Of a DNA stretch of 64,000 nt, positions 9,627 through 17,160 are shown piece by piece; the stretch's first letter is position 1, and each line of letters opens with the position of its first letter. The DNA comes from an uncultured Chloroflexia bacterium (lineage in GTDB: Bacteria > Chloroflexota > Limnocylindria > Limnocylindrales > CSP1-4). The notes beneath the pieces were generated by a model that searched no databases, was not told where the DNA came from, and saw only the letters and a list, made by a program, of their open reading frames with translations. The stretch spans positions 275,603 through 339,602 of the forward strand of contig CAWHRD010000002.1 in assembly GCA_963831745.1 (NCBI GenBank). The letters are read 5' to 3'. Made by a program: the position numbers and the translations under genes.

Positions 9627-9992
9627 TCAGCGGTGGCGAGCGAGCAGGATTGCGCCCGTCGCGAGCCCGGACCCGAGGACGACCACCGCGAACGCGAGGA
9701 GCGGCCACGGGGTGCCGCCGCCACAGAGACCGTCGGCACACGCCAGGGCGGTGTTGATCGCGCCGCACAGATAGAGGGCTCCGGAGCCTACCAGGACGCC
9801 CGACGCAAGCACTGCCCGACGTGCGTCCTCCCGAACGAGACTGAACGCGGCGAGGGCGAGGGTCGCGACGACCAGCGCGATCGAGACGAGCGGGAGGATC
9901 GAGACGAGCAGACCGACGAGCAGACCGACTCCGGCCGCGAGGGCGTAGTCGCCGATCGGCGAGCCTGACGAGGCGGGATGTGACTCACGCAC
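9627..9992 (-). CDS. Hypothetical integral membrane protein (3-4 TM)
   Basis: Hydrophobic segments (LAAGVGLLVGLLVSILPLVSIALVVATLALAAF, PWPLLAFAVVVLGSGLATGAILL). GTG at 9992 is preceded by GGAGGA 8 nt upstream. Confidence 0.55.
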   Translation of the reverse strand: MRESHPASSGSPIGDYALAAGVGLLVGLLVSILPLVSIALVVATLALAAFSLVREDARRAVLASGVLVGSGALYLCGAINTALACADGLCGGGTPWPLLAFAVVVLGSGLATGAILLARHR

Positions 9993-10195
9993 TTCGACCG
10001 TCCTCCATCTCCCTTCGGTCACCGACCTCGATGGACGGGGCAACAGCGTCGCCAGCGCTTCTCCGCCCTGTTGCCTGCCGTGCCCAACCATGACCGCGCT
10101 ATGGCCGGTGGCGCCCTGGGCGCGGCACGGCCAGGCTCATGGTGCCGGGTGATGTCCTCGCCGTCGAGCTTCGTGGGGTCCCGGGACTGAGCCAA

Positions 10196-10696
10196 TCAGC
10201 CGGCCGCGTCGAGGGCAGCCCTGATGGTGGGGTAATGCTCGCTCCATGACTCCCAGACGGAGCCTGCCCATCTGCGGACCCGGGCATCGTGATCCTCGAT
10301 GCTGGTCGCCTTCGAGACGGAGAGTACGGTCAGGTCGCCCGGACCACGAACCCGACGAAGGACCGGGAACTCCGTCCGGCGAGCGAGAACGGCCCGAAGC
10401 ACGTCCGGTGAGCGCGCCGCTGATGCCTCGCGCTCCACGACGGCGCACAGGCTCGCGAGGTGGACGAACACGGACTGACCGTCGCGCCGATCCGTGCCGT
10501 CGCCCGGGTGCTGGGCCATGGAGGCGTCAACGGTGAGGTTGTTCGCAGCCGACCCGGGGAACCGGAGCATCTCGTCCGCTCGGAGAGCGCCGAACGCTGC
10601 CCAGCAGCCGGGGGCGCTCGGGACGTAGGCGTGGACCGGTCCGTCGATCTCCGGCACCACGGCTCCGCATTGCGGGCAGGTGATGTGGGTCGCCAT
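10196..10696 (-). CDS. DUF5946-like protein (N-terminal CPxCG zinc-ribbon-like motif)
   Basis: 166 aa. CPQCGAVVPEIDGPVHAYVPSAPGCWAAFG...LTVDASMAQHPG...VHLASLCAVVERE matches my recollection of the DUF5946 family pattern. Confidence 0.6.
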   Translation of the reverse strand: MATHITCPQCGAVVPEIDGPVHAYVPSAPGCWAAFGALRADEMLRFPGSAANNLTVDASMAQHPGDGTDRRDGQSVFVHLASLCAVVEREASAARSPDVLRAVLARRTEFPVLRRVRGPGDLTVLSVSKATSIEDHDARVRRWAGSVWESWSEHYPTIRAALDAAG

Positions 10697-10926
10697 CTCC
10701 GGCTACCGCCGCAAGCTGTTGAGCTTCACGGGACGCACCCTCCGCCTGCTGACGACGATGGGCGGAGCGTAGGGACCGCGGGGTCGGCGGGCAAGGGCCC
10801 GATGGATGCGACGGACCAACCGGGTTCGTCGCGGCCGCCCGGGGGCAGCTGACGGGCCGCTGACAGCTCCAGCGGAAGAGCCCGTGCCGACGAGAAGCAG
10901 CGTCGTCCAGCCGATCACGCCTCTAG

Positions 10927-11000
10927 CGGGTTCAAGCCCCGGACGCCACCCCGCCACCCCGCACGGCTGACCGGCCCACAGCGGCGCCGGGCGGCAGCGG
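10927..11000 (+). repeat. Degenerate direct copy of tRNA-His 3' half plus downstream flank (att-like)
   Basis: Aligns without gaps to 6208-6281 at a constant offset of 4,719 bp, 59/74 identical by hand count. The T-loop block TTCAAGCCCC is 10/10. The acceptor strand is mutated (GGACGCCAC vs GTAGGCCAC), so it is not a functional tRNA. Confidence 0.75.
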
Positions 11001-11405
11001 CTACGGCGTGATGGGGCCGAACCTGCCGGTCGTCGGGTCGTACATCTCGGCCGTGGCCAGATACGCCGAGCCGTCGAAGCCCCCGGCGACCAGGACGCGG
11101 CCGTCGGGGAGCAGCGTGGCCGTGTGCCAGCCGCGAGCTGTCGCCATCGAGCCGATCGCGTTGGCGCCGGGCGTCGGCGTGGACGTCACGGTCGGCGTGG
11201 ACGTCGCGGTCGGCGTGACGGCCGGCGTCGGCGTGGCGACCGCGACGGAGGGAGCGGCCGACACAACCGGCGTTGCCGCTGGCGGCGGGGTCGCGCCGGA
11301 GCCGCATCCGGTCAGCATGAGCGTGACGGTCAGGCCGACGAGGAGTCGCGAGGCCGCGTGGTTCGCGCCCGTGGCCTCCACCCCGGTCCAGCTTCTGGCT
11401 CGCAC
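11001..11405 (-). CDS. Lipoprotein with a single Kelch-like blade (probably truncated)
   Basis: Lipobox LMLTGCGS, a Thr/Pro/Ala linker, then [21 protein letters not shown]...[11 protein letters not shown] (one Kelch motif). The stop codon abuts the tRNA-like repeat. Confidence 0.5.
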   Translation of the reverse strand: MRARSWTGVEATGANHAASRLLVGLTVTLMLTGCGSGATPPPAATPVVSAAPSVAVATPTPAVTPTATSTPTVTSTPTPGANAIGSMATARGWHTATLLPDGRVLVAGGFDGSAYLATAEMYDPTTGRFGPITP

Positions 11406-11552
11406 CGACAGCTCCCGGGACGCCTCGGCGGTACACGAGGTCTGGCTGGGCCGAACCTCATCGCTCCCGACGCCGGTAAGACGCTGCGCCTCGCCCCCTC
11501 GTCACAGTAGAGGCGAACGGCCCCTGAAGGGCGAACGGGCCCTGGGCGCCAG

Positions 11553-11621
11553 GTGCGCGTCCCATCCTCCGAGGAAGGGATGGCCGAGGGTGTTCAGGTT
11601 CGACCGGCGCGGAGTGTTCGG
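11553..11621 (+). repeat. R2 interspersed repeat, copy f
   Basis: GTGCGCGTCCCATCCTCCGAGGAAGGGATGG... with hairpin CCATCC/GGATGG and a downstream GCGCGGAG motif. Preceded by the GCGAACGG linker. Confidence 0.65.
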
Positions 11622-11756
11622 TCTGCGGTCGGCGTCGACAAACGCCCTCCCGCAAGATGCCGGGTAGCGGGCTGGGCACCCGCCTCCGCCGGGGGTAAGG
11701 TCTCAGCGACAGGCAACACACCGTCACAGAAGCGCGCACGGGAGATCGTCGTGGCG

Positions 11757-12002
11757 ATGGACGAGATGGCTGGTGGTACTGCGGCACCTGAGGATCGACC
11801 GCGTTGGCGGAAGACCCGCCGTTCGAGACAGGGTGGGGCTCCCGCCGGGGGAGGGGCGGTCTACGGGCTCGGCATGATCGGTGCGATGGCCTACTTCTTC
11901 CAGTCCGCTGAGTCCGGCTGGGACTACGTTCTGGCCATCCCCAAGGCCAGCGTCTGGCCAGCCCTGCTGGTCTACAAGCTGCTCAAGAGCTACTACGGCT
12001 AG
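11757..12002 (+). CDS. Hypothetical small membrane protein (81 aa)
   Basis: MDEMAGGTAAPEDRPRWRK...GGGAVYGLGMIGAMAYFFQSAESGWDYVLAIPKASVWPALLVYKLLKSYYG. Two hydrophobic segments and protein-like composition. Confidence 0.55.
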   Translation: MDEMAGGTAAPEDRPRWRKTRRSRQGGAPAGGGAVYGLGMIGAMAYFFQSAESGWDYVLAIPKASVWPALLVYKLLKSYYG

Positions 12003-12050
12003 ACACGAGGCCATCCTGAGCACGCGCCCCTGACCCGGGTCGAGCCGAAG

Positions 12051-12100
12051 GTGTCCGTCCGATCCGCAGAGGAAGGCCGGGCCTTCGGTGCGGAACCGGG
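12051..12100 (+). repeat. R2 interspersed repeat, copy h
   Basis: GTGTCCGTCCGATCCGCAGAGGAAGGCCGGGCCTTCGGTGCGGAACCGGG. The loop UGCGGAA is kept while the stem changes to CUUCGG/CCGGG with G-U pairs. Confidence 0.7.
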
Positions 12101-12169
12101 ACGACGCGCCTAGGATGTTCGGGCCGCCGGAGCGTTGTCGGGCGGGTGTGTCACGCGGAGGGGGGGGCC

Positions 12170-12445
12170 ATGTACGCCGTCGTGGTTCGTGAGACCGGAG
12201 AGCCCGAGCGCATCGAGGGCACCAAAGAGCTCCTGCAGACCAACGTGCTGCCGCGCACGCGGCGCGCCCCCGGGATCGTCTCTGCGCTCTGGATGACGGA
12301 CGGGTCGGGCGGGACGCTCAACGTGTTGGTGTTCGAGAGCGAGGAGGCCGCACGAGCGGCGCTGGAGCCGATACGGAGCGCGCCCCGCCCCGGGTTCATG
12401 CAGGTGGAGAGCGTCGAGTTCCTCCGCGTCCTCGCTCATTTCTGA
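12170..12445 (+). CDS. Hypothetical protein (91 aa, small alpha/beta)
   Basis: MYAVVVRETGEPERIEGTKELLQTNVLP...LNVLVFESEEAARAALEP. GGAGGGGGG RBS immediately upstream. Possibly an ABM/dimeric alpha-beta barrel-like fold; I cannot confirm this. Confidence 0.55.
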   Translation: MYAVVVRETGEPERIEGTKELLQTNVLPRTRRAPGIVSALWMTDGSGGTLNVLVFESEEAARAALEPIRSAPRPGFMQVESVEFLRVLAHF

Positions 12446-12468
12446 CGCGAACATCCCGCGGACGCCCC

Positions 12469-12484
12469 GTGCGCGTCCCATCGC
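12469..12484 (+). repeat. R2 repeat, 5' core only (copy g)
   Basis: GTGCGCGTCCCATCGC shares the invariant 5' core (R)TGCGCGTCCCATC with copies d and f. The rest is absent. Confidence 0.4.
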
Positions 12485-12651
12485 GGCGCGTGGACCCGCG
12501 AGACCAACGTCAACACCTGCGTGGGTTCCCTCGTCCACTGAGCCCGGGCCGGCGATCGTGCGAGCCGCGGCGCCGGGTTGCGTCGCGGCTCGCCGCCGGG
12601 ACTCGGCGCACCCTTAGCCGCCTGCCGCATGCTCGTAGTGCCCACGGCCTG

Positions 12652-13089
12652 CTATCGCGAGAGGATCAGCAAGGGGTCATCGAGGGAGCCCGTGAGGCAT
12701 CCGCCGTCGATCCGCTCGCCGGCGCGGGCGACCACCTGGCCCGCGTCGTCGAGCACTTCCAGCGTCGGCGTGAACCGGACGGTGTAGCCGGGCGGGAACA
12801 CGATCTCCCGGCGGCCCTCACCCTCGAGGTCGAGCCACGCGATCCGGGGATCAGTCGGGTCGCCGTTGAGCGTGGCGCCAACGAGGCCAACGCCGATGCA
12901 GGCGTCGCTGAGCCACACCCTCGCGGTGGGCATCAGAACCGCAGGCGGGGCGCTGGGCGAGAGCAGCGCAGGCGAGGCGCTCGTCGAGACCGGCGCGGAG
13001 GGAGACGGGGACGCACATGCGGCCACGATCATGGCCACGACCCAGACTGCCGCCGGCCGACGCACCCTGCCTCCTTCGAGACGCTCCAT
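12652..13089 (-). CDS. Putative secreted lipoprotein (145 aa)
   Basis: C-terminal part of shadow-extended ORF 12652..14298. Starts MERLEGGRVRRPAAVWVVAMIVAACASPS (lipobox) and is followed by a protein-like domain. A short R1 element lies 19 nt upstream. Confidence 0.6.
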   Translation of the reverse strand: MERLEGGRVRRPAAVWVVAMIVAACASPSPSAPVSTSASPALLSPSAPPAVLMPTARVWLSDACIGVGLVGATLNGDPTDPRIAWLDLEGEGRREIVFPPGYTVRFTPTLEVLDDAGQVVARAGERIDGGCLTGSLDDPLLILSR

Positions 13090-13108
13090 GCCCCGTAGAC
13101 GACGCTGG

Positions 13109-13146
13109 CGAGGGTCGGTCCCGTCCGTGGCTCGGAGCCTCCCGCC
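13109..13146 (-). repeat. R1 element, short form (copy d; hairpin 1 deleted)
   Basis: Reverse complement GGCGGGAGGCTCCGAGCCACGGACGGGACCGACCCTCG retains the GGGAGGCUC head and the CGAGCCAC...GACCGACCC core. Confidence 0.6.
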
Positions 13147-13346
13147 GCCGGTCACGATGACCGCGACGGGGTGGGGCGTCGAGGGGCAGACGGCCCCCGG
13201 ACTGACCCTCGATCGCTTCTCGCGCTGCGGACGACCCGCCGAATGGCTCTGGCCCTCCCCGCGGCGCGAGTCTTGAATAGTTTCGGGCGGTCCGTGACCC
13301 ATACAGGGTGAGCGTCCAGCCAGGGCGCTGACAGGACCGGTGCCAG

Positions 13347-13895
13347 ATGGAGCACGACCTCGTCGAGCAGGCACAACGGGGCGACCAAGAAGCATTCCAG
13401 GCGCTCGTCTGCGGCGCTTCGGACAGGCTCTACGCGATCGCCTGGCGGATCCTGCGCGACCCCGATCGCGCCGAGGACGCCCTGCAGCAGGCACTGATCC
13501 AGATCTGGGAGGACCTGCCCGATCTCCGCGACCCGGGGCGCTTCGACGCCTGGACCTACCGGCTCGTCGTGCACGCGAGCTACCGGGAGGCCCGGCGCGA
13601 ACGGCGCTGGATGTCGCGGATCCGGGAGATCCCGGTCGACCCGCCCGACGACGATCGCGCGGGCGCGGTGATCGATCGCGACGAGATCGATCGCGGCTTC
13701 CGCTGCCTGACCCCGGAGCACCGGGCCATCCTGGTGCTCCACTACTACGTCGGCCTGCCGATCTCCGAGATCGCCGATACCCTCGGCATCCCGGTCGGCA
13801 CGGCCGGCTCCCGCCTGCACTACGCGGTGCGCAGCCTGCGTGCCGCATTCGAGGCCGACGACCGGGTGGTCGCCGCCTGGAGGACACCGGCGTGA
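13347..13895 (+). CDS. ECF-type RNA polymerase sigma factor (sigma-70 family)
   Basis: 182 aa. Region 2 (DAEDALQQALIQIW, FDAWTYRLVVH) and region 4 HTH (LPISEIADTLGIPVGTAGSRLHYA). Confidence 0.9.
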   Translation: MEHDLVEQAQRGDQEAFQALVCGASDRLYAIAWRILRDPDRAEDALQQALIQIWEDLPDLRDPGRFDAWTYRLVVHASYREARRERRWMSRIREIPVDPPDDDRAGAVIDRDEIDRGFRCLTPEHRAILVLHYYVGLPISEIADTLGIPVGTAGSRLHYAVRSLRAAFEADDRVVAAWRTPA

Positions 13896-14962
13896 CGCAC
13901 GAGCAGCAGTTCGAGCAGCGACTGGCCGACTGGCTCGAGGACGGGCCTCTCGACGCCCCCGACCGGGCGATCGACGCGGCGGTCGCGCACGCGCACGCCC
14001 ATCCTCGCAAGCGACGCCTCCTCGGCGGCCCGGGGAGGACCGTCATGAGTCGCATGCAACCCGCACCCTTCCCATCCTCCTCGCATCGGAGCTGGGTCAC
14101 GGCCTTCGCCACCATCGCCACCGTCGCCGTCGTGGCCCTGGCGGTCGTCGGCGGCGGGGCCCTGCTGCTGAACCGGAGCCCCGCCAACCAGCCGGTCGGC
14201 GCGGCCGGCGCTACGGCCTCGCCCGCGCCGACCGCGGCCGCGACGCCGGCGCCCACGGCCAGCTCTGTCGAGAGTCTCCTGGCCGACCTGGCAGCCATGG
14301 CGAGCGCTCCCTACGACGCGGCCAGGGTCGCGGCGCTCTATGCGGCCAACGCGGTGTTCCACGACAAGGTTGCCAACGAGACATCCACGGGTCTCGAGGC
14401 GATCCAGGCGAAGAACAAGGCGATGGACGCTGCGGGCTTCAAGGTCGAGATCACCTCGGCCTGGATCCGGCAGGACGACTTCGTCGCCCACTTCGCCACG
14501 TTCGGCAACACGAGCGAGCTCTCGGGCCGGGGCCTCCTGGTCTACGAGCTGAAGGACGGCAAGGTCCTGAACCAGTGGGTGTACGACGCTGCCTCGTCGC
14601 CCCCGGTCTCATCGCCCACGGCCAGCTCCGACGAGGCTCTCGTGGCCGACCTGGCTGCCGTGGCGGGCAGTCCCTACGACGCGGCCAGGGTCGCGGCGCT
14701 CTATGCGCCCGACGCCGTGCTCCACGAGCTGACGGATGCGAACCTGACATCGACGGGCCTCCAGGCGATCCAGGCGAGGCTCAAGGACCTTGCAGCGGGC
14801 GGCTTCAAGGTCGTCGTGACCTCGGCCGCGATCCGGCAGGACAACTTCGTCGCCAACTTCGCCGCGTTCGGCAACACGGGCGAGCTCCCGGACCGGGGCC
14901 TCGTGGTCTACGAGCTGAAGGACGGCAAGGTCCTGACCCAGTGGGTGTACCCGGCGCCCTGA
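13892..14962 (+). CDS. Anti-sigma-like single-pass membrane protein with two tandem NTF2/SnoaL-like domains
   Basis: GTG start overlaps the sigma stop (GTGA at 13892-13895). Cytoplasmic N-terminus FEQRLADWLEDGPLDAP, TM segment WVTAFATIATVAVVALAVVGGGALLL, then two ~108-aa units (SSVESLLADL...NQWVY and SSDEALVADL...TQWVY). Confidence 0.75.
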   Translation: MTHEQQFEQRLADWLEDGPLDAPDRAIDAAVAHAHAHPRKRRLLGGPGRTVMSRMQPAPFPSSSHRSWVTAFATIATVAVVALAVVGGGALLLNRSPANQPVGAAGATASPAPTAAATPAPTASSVESLLADLAAMASAPYDAARVAALYAANAVFHDKVANETSTGLEAIQAKNKAMDAAGFKVEITSAWIRQDDFVAHFATFGNTSELSGRGLLVYELKDGKVLNQWVYDAASSPPVSSPTASSDEALVADLAAVAGSPYDAARVAALYAPDAVLHELTDANLTSTGLQAIQARLKDLAAGGFKVVVTSAAIRQDNFVANFAAFGNTGELPDRGLVVYELKDGKVLTQWVYPAP

Positions 14963-14971
14963 ACGAGATCC

Positions 14972-15040
14972 GGCAGAGCTGACGCGCGGCCCCGGGTGCG
15001 GGCCGCCGGGACCGCGCCGAGCACCGGCGAGAGCGACCCG
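14972..15040 (+). repeat. R1 structured leader-like element, copy e (plus-strand orientation)
   Basis: GGCAGAGCTGACGCGCGGCCCCGGGTGCGGGCCGCCGGGACCGCGCCGAGCACCGGCGAGAGCGACCCG. It ends 26 nt upstream of the ATG at 15067. Hairpin 1 is GCGGCCC/GGGCCGC with a loop different from the other copies. Confidence 0.8.
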
Positions 15041-15066
15041 TGAAGCGTCCCGGAGGAGGGACGAAG

Positions 15067-16059
15067 ATGCGCGAACAACAATCGATGGGCCGGCTCTTCG
15101 TCGGCCTGGCTGTCGTGGTCCTGCTGGCCGGCTGCGCCGCCGGCGCCACCCCGAGCGTGACGAAGACCCGCAACGTCGCCTACGAATCGGCCAACCCTGA
15201 GCTGGTGCCGGGCGCCCTCGACGTGTACGCGCCGGCCAAGGCCGGCCCGTGGCCCGTGGTCGTGATGTTCCACGGCGCCCCGGGGAGCGACCCGGCAACG
15301 GATCGCGCGACCTTGAGCGAGCACGCCCGCAAAGTGGCGGACCTCGGGTTCGTCGTCTTCAACGCGTCCTGGGGCCACGTGCCCGGAGGTGCCGTCGGCG
15401 CGCCCACCTACGACGGGCTCCTGGCGACCCAGTCCGAGGCTGCCTGCGCGGTGGAGTTCGCCCGGGCGCACGCTGCCGAGTACGGCGGCGACCCGGCCAC
15501 GATGATCGTCTTCGGCCACTCGGGCGGCGCCCACGCGGCGGCGATGGCCACGTTCAACCGGCCCGAGCCGTCGGCGGGCTGTCTCGGGGGCACCACGCTC
15601 GGCCCGATCGACGCCCTCGTCACCTGGGAAGGAAACTGGATGCTCTCGGTGAATCAGCCCGATTGGGACGGCGCCCTCGCCGCCGACCCCAGGATCATGG
15701 ACGTCGTCACCCCGTGGACGCACCTTGCCGAGCACAAGGACCAGAAGGTCGTGATGCTGGTGTCGGACCATCCGGGTTCCCAGTTCGAGCGCAAGGTGGG
15801 CGACCCGTGGGCGGCCGACTCGTGGTTCGCCGCGCGCGACCCGTCGGGCGACCTGCGCCGGCAGCTCGAGGCGAACGGGGCGTTCGCCGACGGCACGATC
15901 GGCCAGGCCGACGCGCAGGAGCTCCTCTTCTCGGTCCTGGAGGCGCAGGGGAACCCCGTCACGCTCGACGTGATGCCGGACTCCGTGCATGACAACCTGG
16001 GCGCCGCCGGCTGGAAGGTCTTCCTCGCCGCCTTCCCGAAGGCGGCAGCGCAGGGCTGA
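15067..16059 (+). CDS. Secreted lipoprotein alpha/beta-hydrolase (esterase), intact paralog
   Basis: Lipobox LLAGCAAG, oxyanion region VVVMFHGAPG, nucleophile elbow FGHSGGAHAA. GGAGGAGGG RBS. The ORF track start at 15040 is less likely. Confidence 0.8.
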   Translation: MREQQSMGRLFVGLAVVVLLAGCAAGATPSVTKTRNVAYESANPELVPGALDVYAPAKAGPWPVVVMFHGAPGSDPATDRATLSEHARKVADLGFVVFNASWGHVPGGAVGAPTYDGLLATQSEAACAVEFARAHAAEYGGDPATMIVFGHSGGAHAAAMATFNRPEPSAGCLGGTTLGPIDALVTWEGNWMLSVNQPDWDGALAADPRIMDVVTPWTHLAEHKDQKVVMLVSDHPGSQFERKVGDPWAADSWFAARDPSGDLRRQLEANGAFADGTIGQADAQELLFSVLEAQGNPVTLDVMPDSVHDNLGAAGWKVFLAAFPKAAAQG

Positions 16060-16214
16060 CGCACCGGCCGATAGATGTCCGCCGGATCGCGGGGGCGCTT
16101 CGGCTGTCGCCCGGCGCTCGGGCCAGGTGCTCGACGTCGACCCGTGTCAGCCATGCCGATCTCGGCGTGGTTCGACGGCCACCAGGGGTAGCCGCCAACG
16201 GCACCCACGGGCGA

Positions 16215-16742
16215 TCACGTGAGCGGGCGGACCATGACCTGGATCTGCAGGTCGGAGCCTTCACGCAGCGGGAAGTGCCGTCCCGTATCCACGAACCCGA
16301 GGCGGTCGTACAGGGCGATGGCCCGCGCATTCGTGGTCGTGACTCCGAGGCCCAGCACCGGGTAGCCCGCCTCTCGCGCCCACTCGACGACGGCGGCCAC
16401 GATCGCCTCGGCGATCCTGGTGCCACGAGCTGCCGGTTCGACCCACATGGCGTAGAGCCCGGCGGCCGGCTCGTCGGTCGGGGCGGGCCCGCCCGATGCC
16501 ATGCCCACCAACCGGCCGTCGCGCTCTGCGACGATGACGACGCGGTCGCCCGTGCTCGCCCGCCGCTGCCAGACGGCGTCCGGCTCCGCTTCTTCCTCGG
16601 CCAGGGTGGCACCGAACGAATCAGGGGCGTCGGCCAGCGCCCGGAGACGCAGCGCACGAAGCTCCCGCCATTCATCCGGCCGCAGTCGACGGACGAGGTA
16701 GCCGCTCCGGGCGTCGCTGGAACGCGCGTCTTCCGCGGCCAC
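16215..16742 (-). CDS. GNAT family N-acetyltransferase
   Basis: 175 aa. Acetyl-CoA binding region LYAMWVEPAARGTRIAEAIVAAVVEWAREAG...ARAIALYDRLGF. Confidence 0.85.
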   Translation of the reverse strand: MAAEDARSSDARSGYLVRRLRPDEWRELRALRLRALADAPDSFGATLAEEEAEPDAVWQRRASTGDRVVIVAERDGRLVGMASGGPAPTDEPAAGLYAMWVEPAARGTRIAEAIVAAVVEWAREAGYPVLGLGVTTTNARAIALYDRLGFVDTGRHFPLREGSDLQIQVMVRPLT

Positions 16743-16758
16743 CCCAGGAATCCCGAGT

Positions 16759-17040
16759 CTAGAGCCCGGCGCGCCCGATCTCGGGCTGCGAAGGAGTCTC
16801 CGTGCGCGACCGTCGCCGAAGGCGTCGGACCATGTAGGTCGCCACGAGGCCCAGCAGCACGCTCGTGACCACGGGAGAGACCTTGGCGGGCCCTCCGCGG
16901 CGCCGGCGACGCATGGCCTCGGTGTCGATGAAGACGCCGCGGCACGTCGGGCAGCGCCATGCCCCGGAGCGCCGTCCCATCGGCTGCATCGTCATGGCGT
17001 CCTTCGGGCACTGCCACGCTGTCGCTGTCGGCTCGGTCAC
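16759..17040 (-). CDS. Zinc-ribbon protein with C-terminal TM anchor
   Basis: GTG start. CPKDAMTMQPM...WRCPTCRGVFID (CxxD...CxxC ribbon), then the hydrophobic segment VVTSVLLGLVATYMV. Confidence 0.55.
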   Translation of the reverse strand: MTEPTATAWQCPKDAMTMQPMGRRSGAWRCPTCRGVFIDTEAMRRRRRGGPAKVSPVVTSVLLGLVATYMVRRLRRRSRTETPSQPEIGRAGL

Positions 17041-17160
17041 GTGTCCCCTCCATTCGACCCTTGCGCCACCCCGGTGGCCGGCTTCGACCTGCTGGGATGC
17101 TTGCACGAGCCTACCCCGCGTGGGGATATGGCGGATTCGCCCGAGGCGGACGGGCCGCGC

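Noticed and set aside
6235-10926. Possibility of an intact prophage or integrative conjugative element at tRNA-His.
   Set aside because: No integrase, excisionase, replication, capsid or conjugation genes can be recognised. The content is fragments and small hypothetical genes, so only a decayed islet is claimed.
6452-12484. Recurrent peptide-like strings (PSSEE.., MRVPS..) in the ORF track, suggesting a family of small proteins encoded by R2.
   Set aside because: Conservation is at the nucleotide level and falls in different frames and ORF contexts in different copies. There are no consistent start/stop codons or RBS.
13270-13300. ECF-type autoregulated promoter (TGAAT ... CGTGAC) upstream of the sigma factor gene.
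   Set aside because: The spacing and -35/-10 sequences do not match any ECF consensus I can name with confidence. Listed only as something to test.
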